Assembly (NCBI GenBank): GCA_040954595.2
Contig: CM082578.2
Location: 16,662,998 to 16,726,997 of the forward strand
Direction of reading: 5' to 3'
DNA from: Balanoglossus misakiensis
Taxonomy: Eukaryota > Animalia > Hemichordata
DNA length: 64,000 nt
This document shows positions 56,331 to 64,000 of this stretch, piece after piece. The translations under genes were made by a program, and so were the position numbers. The first letter of the stretch is position 1, and every line of letters starts with the position of its first letter. Below the pieces are notes generated by a model that did not search any database, was not told the DNA's origin, and worked only from the letters and a program-made list of their open reading frames with translations.

Positions 56331-56614
56331 ATATCCACGTTCTGTAGGGACTCTGTAAAAAACATCTTCTCTGTGCAAAAAGTCACACGGCAGACCTGCG
56401 CAATTTCGAGCTGGCATCTACCCAGGCTCTTTCCGGTCTATTCCGCCCTTTAAAGCTGACCAGGTTTGTCGGAGTTGCTTGGTAATACCCACTGAGTGGA
56501 AAAACAAAAGCTACAAACCCTCACCGTAAAGGCCCCGCCGCTCGCGATTATACTGATTCGCCTGATTTGCATATTGAACAGAATCGGCTGGGAACGCCAC
56601 ACATCTCGGGATAC

Positions 56615-57724
56615 ATGACTGTGCTTGCCAGTGCGTTGCTGAATGTGTATGGACGTAAGAGCAAGTTGGATCAGATGGCCACGGAGTGCGACGACTGCGT
56701 ACCCCAATTCAACGCGAGTGATGGACCAACAGGTAATTGGACATATTCCTACATACCGTTTCCAACATGTGTGATTAACTTCTACCTTATGCTGACACTT
56801 ATAGTTGTCTTCGCCGTGGCGGGATTGGTCGAGAATGGATTGTTTATATTTGTGGTAATTCGTGTCAAGTCTATGAGAACATTACCGAATTACTTTGTGA
56901 TAAACCTGGCCTGCGCCGATGTCATGTGCCTGGCCAGCCTCTGTGTCTACCCGCTGATAAACGCGTTGGGAGCTGGTGACAATATGTACCTGCTGCCCCT
57001 TCGAGTATTCCTTGCGGATATTTCAACTTTTACTTCGATCACGACTGTCATGTTGATAACAGTAGACCGTTACATAGCCATCTGTAAACCGCTGCACGCG
57101 CCTCGCATACAGAGAAAATCACGGGCCCGTCTACTAGTCTCCCTCTCCTGGGCTATTGGAGTCGGTCTGGGTCTCATCGAGTATGTCTGTGTCAGCTTTC
57201 GTCCTTTTCACGGAAAGACTGCCACCCTGCTTATACTGACAACTTATTTGGCGTACACATCACTCGTCATGCTGGTGGTGCTTCTGCTCTACTTGCTAAT
57301 CATCACGCGATTGATGTGTCGTCCCAACACCGTTCGAAGACTGCCCTTCCGCAGGAAACGTGAGTACCGCAACGAGACAAAGGTGCTTGTGATGTGCTCC
57401 CTGGTCGCCGCCCTCTTTCTCATCTGCTTCGGCCCACAGATTATCATCCTGTTCATGGCACCCGTCACTGTGATTAAGAACACATATCCGCTGCCCTTGT
57501 TCCATAGCTGTGTGAACACCATCTCACCGCTGATGGTGATGGTGAACTTCGCGCTGAATCCACTGATGTACAATGCGCCCAGCTATCGCCACAGACTCGC
57601 CTTCAAGAAAGCCTTCATGAGCACTGCCCGTAAGAACGGCGATGTCGAGTTGAACATAGTAACATCAGCCCGCACCATCAATTCAAGCAATTTCAGCGAA
57701 GCCAGGCAAATGAGCAGGCAGTAG
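56615..57724 (+). CDS. Class A (rhodopsin-like) GPCR, orphan, single coding exon, paralog of the 16607-17788 gene
   Basis: The ORF track starts at a TTG (56567). The first in-frame ATG is 56615 (369 aa) and the second is 56675 (cagATGG, 349 aa). Motifs: TM1 GLVEN, TM2 NLACAD, TM3 TVDRYIAICKP, TM4 SW, TM6 FLICFGP, TM7 NPLMY, helix 8 RLAFKKAF. N-terminal sequons NAS and NWT. The start codon is uncertain. Confidence 0.95.
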   Translation: MTVLASALLNVYGRKSKLDQMATECDDCVPQFNASDGPTGNWTYSYIPFPTCVINFYLMLTLIVVFAVAGLVENGLFIFVVIRVKSMRTLPNYFVINLACADVMCLASLCVYPLINALGAGDNMYLLPLRVFLADISTFTSITTVMLITVDRYIAICKPLHAPRIQRKSRARLLVSLSWAIGVGLGLIEYVCVSFRPFHGKTATLLILTTYLAYTSLVMLVVLLLYLLIITRLMCRPNTVRRLPFRRKREYRNETKVLVMCSLVAALFLICFGPQIIILFMAPVTVIKNTYPLPLFHSCVNTISPLMVMVNFALNPLMYNAPSYRHRLAFKKAFMSTARKNGDVELNIVTSARTINSSNFSEARQMSRQ

Positions 57725-57889
57725 ATGGGGCTTCTTTCTTCATGGTGATTACGGCCGCGTGACAGGAGGGTGCAAATTTGATGATCGGAGCCGCATCCCA
57801 ATCAAGACTTGTGAAAGTATTTGTCGACCAGGAGGCAAACATGGGAAGTTCACTGCAGATGTTGAATGGACAGTCTGTGAGACAGTTGA

Positions 57890-57927
57890 CACTTCATTCT
57901 CTCTGTGTCACTTCATTCTCTCTGTGT
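57890..57927. repeat. 19-bp perfect tandem duplication in the GPCR 3' flank
   Basis: cacttcattctctctgtgt twice. Confidence 0.9.
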
Positions 57928-59200
57928 AACACACTGCAAAACCCCATTCACCAGATATTACTGACTGCCTGGCAAACGACACTTCACTGCTAAGCCCAGT
58001 CAAAGCTCTCAGAGAAACAGTGATGATATAGCCAGAAAGCAAACTTTACTAGTTACCCGCGTAAGAATGTCATGAATTATAGTGAACAAAAATGTTCTTT
58101 TATGAACCATGTAAGGTCAACAGGAGAATCACAAAATGTATTCAGTAAGCATTGCATCTGATTAAGTGAATTTTACTCATGAGAGACAGGTCAGAAACGA
58201 GGAGTTCTAGCATGGCAGTATTTACTGATACCCATGATATCATTAGAGGGATTGCGTACTTATCGTCAGCAAAGATTCCCCTCTGCCTCATTTAAGACGT
58301 ACCAGATAAAGTATGTACTATATTGATCCTTTCGTCTAGTCAGACGGAGCTCTTGCATTAATGCTATTTAATTGGAAATCGCTTTTCTATGTAGTGAAAG
58401 AAAAGCTGACAGTAGACCTTGAATGTGTAGAGTTATCAGAGATGGTTGAGTCCAGATGTATTTGATTGATCATCATCACTTTCTCTTCTTGCACCATTTT
58501 TTTTCTTTTCATCCCGAAATTTTAAACAAATATACTTGCCAACGACACCTGACTAAAGTGTTGAACCTATCTCTGCCTCTGTATCGGTATATTAGCACGT
58601 CACGGTACCGTAGGCTTAATAGCATGCATCGCATCGGTGCAATATTTCACCAAACACAAGCAGCCACTCAGTCTGCTGGTAAGACATAAGAAGTTGATTT
58701 GTTTAAAAAAAAATATGTCTTTTGTCTTGATTTGTTGCCAACCATTTCCTAAAGTTTTGTGTCCCTCAATATTTGAATCTTGTTTCATTAAACTATGTCA
58801 AACTTTGACATAAAGTGTATTGGAACGACTAGCTCATTCGCAAATGGCTGTGTTATGAGTGAGCAGTTATCTGGCCATAATTCTGGCGTTTGCGGTTGTA
58901 ATTGTCGATCGACGAATAGTTGGGTTTTAATACCTTGCGGCTTTGCCATCCTACGGGACACTGATGGCTCAAAGGAGACAAGTTTTTTGTGACGACCGGT
59001 ATCATCCATGTATAAAAGTTGAAAAGTTCTTTATTTCTGTAGATATCTCACATTAGTTCCGTCAGATTTTTGCCTCTGGTAGGCTATGATCATATGCGTT
59101 TCTGTGGAAACCATTGCGTGTTTGAGAATTCACATTGTTGCTGTCCCTCAAGCGAACCTCTCTGAACCCGACACTTTGTTGGAATGCAAAACATGGCCAC

Positions 59201-59221
59201 AATAAATGACAACAAAATAAA
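59201..59221 (+). promoter_or_regulatory. Candidate polyadenylation signals of the plus-strand GPCR
   Basis: Two AATAAA (59201, 59216) are the first canonical hexamers I saw after the stop at 57724. Confidence 0.3.
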
Positions 59222-60542
59222 TGACATAGAGTTTGAAATGGTAGGCAAGCGGGTCACTTTGTGGAAGAGAACCGCATCGATGCATGACAGATAGCAGTGT
59301 CACTCGAGCCACAGATATATCTCACTATGGAGATGTTATAGAAAACTGTTTGACAGTAACAATGCGTTATCGCTGAGGGCGACGCGCCAATGGGAGGTAA
59401 GTTTGGGAGCTGTTAGAAACGTGACATCTGAGGAATTCAAAGAGGCGTATCTCTTTGCACAAATCTTTGACACCCATACCCATCGGTCGTCAGCTTCCAA
59501 GTGAAGAAAACAACTACAGCATATACTGGTATTCTGACGATCATGCGAAAAGTCTATTCATGTTAACTTGAAAGACAAGAGCAGTGTAAAATCGGAATCA
59601 AATTCACTACTCGGGTTGCAAGAATTAAAGTAATTCCATATTGTGGACGCTTGTGTTGACAAAAATGTGGCCTCTTTGAGCAGCGCCGTGAAGACATCTC
59701 AGCGCGCGTGCTTGTAATTGGCGAAAAAATTTACACCTTCCAGGCAGCCAGTGTCTGTCTGTGCATAATGATGTGAGCGCGGCTGTGAATCTTCACGCAC
59801 AAGTTAGTTGGCATCATTCCGAGTTTGGTGGGAAAGGGAAAGACTGCGCATGCTGTGTAGATACCATCAAGAGAGACACGACAAAACGACTGTTAATTTT
59901 CGTACTTATTTTAACCATGATGCACTACATTTGTGAGTGGTTGTTATTAAGTTGCCATGCATGGCCATAACACCGCAAACGAGAATCAGATTGAGTATTT
60001 AGATATCTTCCGCTTGGAATAGTTGCCACGTGATATGCGGCAGATGACACACTGAGGATGGAATTTCAGAAAGCCCAAAATCTTTCCAATCTCCCCATTA
60101 ACTGCCGTACGAAGTGTAGAGTCACATTAATAAGTTAATAGAAAACATGACAACCTTTTGACATTATCAGTACTTTAATTCTCTCTCTTGGATTAAAGTT
60201 TGACTTTTGCTTCAAATGTCTTATTAATTTGATTGCGAATGGTACCCGCTATGACCACCACATTTTACACAAATTTCACTTCCTGACCTTTTAAAGACAC
60301 CAAATGTTTTCATTGAGTACAGATTTGTATAGTAGTGGGTTCATAAGTTATTTATCAGGATGGTGATTTCTTGCTTTTAAAACAAAAAAGTCCAATTTTC
60401 CAAATTCCCCTGCACTTTTGTAAAAAAAATCTGTTTACAAAATGTCCCTGACAGGAGGACTGGAATCCTATAACAAGGTGTTCATGTTATCAGTAGATAT
60501 TCTCTAACAAAAGTCCCATAGAGAATCTGTGGCTGGTGTATA

Positions 60543-61651
60543 CACAACTAAAGTTCACCAGGTCTGCACCAGGTGTGGTGCATGTCCGGTGCATGTCTGA
60601 CCAACAGGTCATGTGCAGCAATATGGCCCCAGACCTGCAGCAGTCTGCTGGATCAGACCTGCACCAGGTCTGTCCTGACAGACCTGCCACAGGTCTGTCC
60701 TGTCAGACCTGCACCAGGTCTGTCCTGTCAGACCTGCCACAGGTCTGTCCTGTCAGACCTGCCACAGGTCTGTCCTGTCAGACCTGCCACAGGTCTGTCC
60801 TGTCAGACCTGCCACAGGTCTGTCCTGTCAGACCTGCACCAGGTCTGTCCTGTCAGACCTGCCACAGGTCTGTCCTGTCAGACCTGCACCAGGTCTGTCC
60901 TGTCAGACCTGCCACAGGTCTGTCCTGTCAGACCTGCACCAGGTCTGTCCTGTCAGACCTGCCACAGGTCTGTCCTGTCAGACCTGCACCAGGTCTGTCC
61001 TGTCAGACCTGCCACAAGTCTGTCCTGTCAGACCTGCACCAGGTCTGTCCCATCAGACCTGCAGCAGACCTGTCAGAACAGACCTGCCACAGGTCTGTCC
61101 TGTCAGACCTGCCACAGGTCTGTCCTGTCAGACCTGCACCAGGTCTGTCCTGTCAGACCTGCACCAGGTCTGTCCTGTCAGACCTGCCACAAGTCTGTCC
61201 TGTCAGACCTGCACCAGGTCTGTCCTGTCAGACCTGCCACAGGTCTGTCCTGTCAGACCTGCACCAGGTCTGTCCTGTCAGACCTGCCACAAGTCTGTCC
61301 TGTCAGACCTGCACCAGGTCTGTCCCATCAGACCTGCAGCAGACCTGTCAGAACAGACCTGCCACAGGTCTGTCCTGTCAGACCTGCCACAGGTCTGTCC
61401 TGTCAGACCTGCACCAGGTCTGTCCTGTCAGACCTGCACCAGGTCTGTCCCGACAGACCTGCAGCAGGCCTATCCTGTCAGACCTGGTGCAGGTCTGACA
61501 GATCAGACCTGTGGCAGGTCTGACAGATCAGGTCTGGTGCATGGCTTGCATGTCAGACATGCAGCATACCTGACAGGGCAGGTATGCTGCATGCATGTGA
61601 CAGACCCGGTGCAGACAAATCCTGGTGCAGGTCTGTCAATCTTTAGCTGTG
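60543..61651. mobile_element. Non-autonomous TIR DNA transposon (CAC...GTG ends, TA flanks) carrying an internal hairpin minisatellite
   Basis: The left end TA|CACAACTAAAGTTCACCAGGTCTGCACCAGG matches the reverse complement of the right end, TA|CACAGCTAAAGATTGACAGACCTGCACCAGG (about 31-bp imperfect TIR). TA lies on both sides (60541-60542 and 61652-61653). No transposase ORF. CAC termini, a 2-bp TSD and subterminal repeats fit animal CMC/EnSpm-type elements; Tc1/mariner is not excluded. Confidence 0.75.
60630..61540. repeat. 25-bp palindromic minisatellite, about 36 units: CAGACCTG-(CCA/CAC/CAG)-CAGGTCTG-TCCTGT
   Basis: Strict 25-bp register from 60654 to 61529. Each unit is an 8-bp inverted repeat with a 3-nt loop plus a 6-nt linker. 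Confidence 0.97.
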
Positions 61652-61906
61652 TACATATTTGGTATGCATAAAATGAAGGAAGGTAAATCCATGTCTCTTA
61701 TCAATGAGTTTGTAATCGAACATCCCATCCTCAGAGGTAATAAAATCTCAGGGAATGTACATGTAGCATGCGAACAGTTTAACTCGCATTTATGTGACCG
61801 TCTGGGTAAATATTGAGGTGACATCAGCCGAACTCATCTATGAACATGTAACAACCATGGAATTCTGAGACCTCTGTATATAAGTGAACCCACCAACAAA
61901 CTCGCG

Positions 61907-61985
61907 TCCGTCCATCCATCCATCTGCCAACATACCGATCCATCCACCCTTGCATGCACATGTATGCACACACACACACACACAC
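61907..61985. repeat. Short (CCAT)n and (CA)n simple repeats
   Basis: tccgtccatccatccatc followed by (CA)n at about 61967-61985. Confidence 0.75.
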
Positions 61986-64000
61986 CTACACTCCAGGTGA
62001 TTCTTTACCTGTAGCTGAAGAGAATATATGAGCTATCAAAACTTCCATCATATTCTGCTTTCACTATTATTTCTCAACGGTATTACTATTATCCATCAAA
62101 ATACATAACTCTATTTGTGATCGAGTCATGCGGGTCTCATATTCCTTGACTTTTCCCCATGCATTATAATTTGTCATTTTTATCGCGATGTATATTTAGC
62201 CCCGTGTGTCTAAACTACCTAGACTAATACAACGCCATCCCTGTCTGCAGTGACTTTGGGTGCGATCATTTACTGCATCATATTCAAAACGTACTTCAGG
62301 GGATTAAAGATACCCCGGGGGACCTGTAATTGCATGTAGTTAAAGTTTATATGCCTGACTTAAGAACATGGGTCTGAAGAACTCAGTTTAAAAGCAGCGG
62401 ATGGAAAGCTGCAGGTTGTGGAGCATCGCTAATTACGCCTGTTGATATCACATGGGTAGCTTCATATATGAAAATGGTGTATTACTGTCTCCTTTTTGGC
62501 CCGGCATGTGTGGTATACTGCAGGAACGTGTTTTGACCATTTGCTTTAGCTTACTGTCTTCCACTAGTTTAAAAGTTCAACGCTGCGCTGAAGAAAAATT
62601 CTCTCATATTCTTCTTTAGAGAAAACAGCACTGAGATCATATCCTACAGGATAATCTTACACAATGTTCAACTGTAATTCAGAGAAACATGCGTGGAAGG
62701 TCCATACAGACAGAGATTTTTTTTACAAAATTGAAGAATGAAAGTCAAAGAGAAAGTGGATCCCCGCCCGAAAGCAAGGGACGTCACAACCAAGGTTATT
62801 GTTAACTAGCAGAGAAGATTGGATTAGATGAACCGTAAATGCTCGGTTTTTAAGTTCACCGCATCATCCAAGTCAACTTAACTTCATTAGACGCCAGACG
62901 TATAAGATAACAAACTGGCCGTGATTGCTAGAAGAATTGAGTGACCCAAAAAGCTCAAACCACGTTACAAAAAATTCAACTGCAGCTAAAAGTGTCAGCG
63001 GTTGAGTCAGTATGAATATTCCCTTCTAATGATTTCCATACCGTTGGAAGTGGTGATGTGCAGCTTATGATGGAGACGTGTTTATAATCACATGCATGAT
63101 GCATGAGAGCCAATCAGTGCATGTCTAGCCTCCTAGATATGTGGATTGGATAATCTCATTCATTCCGCATGTCAAGTAATAGGGAATGAATCACACCACA
63201 CTCTAACACAACACGGACCGACTTCACTTACTTGCATGGACATTGCTATTGACAATTTACCTGGCTGTACACAACTAAAATCTGTGTAATCATGCGTAGA
63301 ATGCTGAATAATCAAAGTTAATTCTTTTAATGATTCAACGATAGCCATCAAGTATGCATATGTTATGTTTCTACCCTGCCATTCTTTTATCATCATTTGT
63401 ATCTCCACATGTCAATATATAAATCAGATATTGAAAATTACAATGAAAAATATAAATATATGGTTTAAGTAAGATAATGCGTTGAAAGAAGCTTTTTTCA
63501 CAGGCGATGTGATTTTTATGTTATATTCCTTTACTGTTTGTAGTCATCAAATGCTTCACAAACAGCTACATATACTAAATAAAGGAATTCGCACACAATC
63601 CATCCACCCTCCAAGGCAGCCTTTAATGAACACACCTTGTTAATTTTCATGTCACATCTTAAGTGGCTTCCAATTACAGATGCAGCAACGCTTAATTACC
63701 ATGATTTTGTTGGGGAACTTATACAGTGAAATTGTAGAATACGAGAGGATGTGCGGTCGAGAAACCTTGATTTCCCATGTCTTCTGTTACATAGTTCTAT
63801 GCGGTTTTCATGCGTTTCATGTGTTATCGTCGCTGCAAGAAAATATCAACAGACAAGGTTATTACGTAGTAGGCGATACTAAAGCAATGCAATTTGAGAA
63901 TTCCAAGTGTATCACCACTATCAGATTATTTGTCCTTGTGCCATCAGAACGGTGCTCCTGGGGAGTTTTCTTGATTTATTCGGCACAACAAACTGGGTGA

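Noticed and set aside
56567-56614. TTG start given by the ORF track for the second GPCR
   Set aside because: In a eukaryotic gene an ATG start (56615 or 56675) or a spliced start is more plausible.
57010-57025. Assignment as an aminergic receptor or an opsin
   Set aside because: The TM3 Asp counts to 3.33 rather than 3.32 and is absent in the paralog. Neither protein has the retinal-binding Lys at 7.43 (Met and Leu instead). No gene symbol was assigned.
60536-61523. Two long Cys-rich ORFs (320 and 316 aa, CQTC repeats) resembling metal-binding or keratin-associated proteins
   Set aside because: They are translations of a 25-bp unit that has no plus-strand stop codon. Because 25 is not a multiple of 3, every frame gives the same 25-aa repeat. 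The starts are non-ATG and the region lies within TIRs.
60654-61540. CRISPR array
   Set aside because: The repeats are palindromic but contiguous, with constant 6-nt linkers, no unique spacers and no cas genes. The context is eukaryotic.
387-64000. Remaining 60-130 aa ORFs in the track
   Set aside because: Many use non-ATG starts, none shows a recognisable domain, and their lengths fit random ORFs in AT-rich non-coding DNA. Small exons of an unrecognised gene cannot be fully excluded.

Overview
AT-rich, gene-poor animal (eukaryotic) genomic DNA. The repeat style suggests a marine invertebrate, possibly an ambulacrarian such as a hemichordate; this is inference only. Two protein-coding regions are well supported. 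Both are class A (rhodopsin-like) GPCRs with single coding exons, divergently oriented about 39 kb apart (16607-17788 minus; 56615-57724 plus). They are clearly paralogous and share an unusual architecture: no C3.25/ECL2 disulfide, a very short ECL2, and instead a positionally conserved Cys pair at the tops of TM1 and TM7. The rest is non-coding: TTAA-flanked Kolobok-type MITEs, decayed LINE fragments, microsatellites and short tandem duplications. The most structured element is a 1.1-kb TA-flanked terminal-inverted-repeat element (60543-61651) filled with about 36 copies of a 25-bp hairpin unit. Its variation is concentrated in the 3-nt loop, it contains a 275-bp higher-order duplication, and it switches orientation near the right end. 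The window is also strongly enriched in the palindromes TACATGTA and TACCGGTA, which look like DNA-transposon excision footprints. I found no CRISPR array, rRNA or tRNA. Almost all short ORFs in the supplied track appear spurious. All counts and alignments were done by eye.
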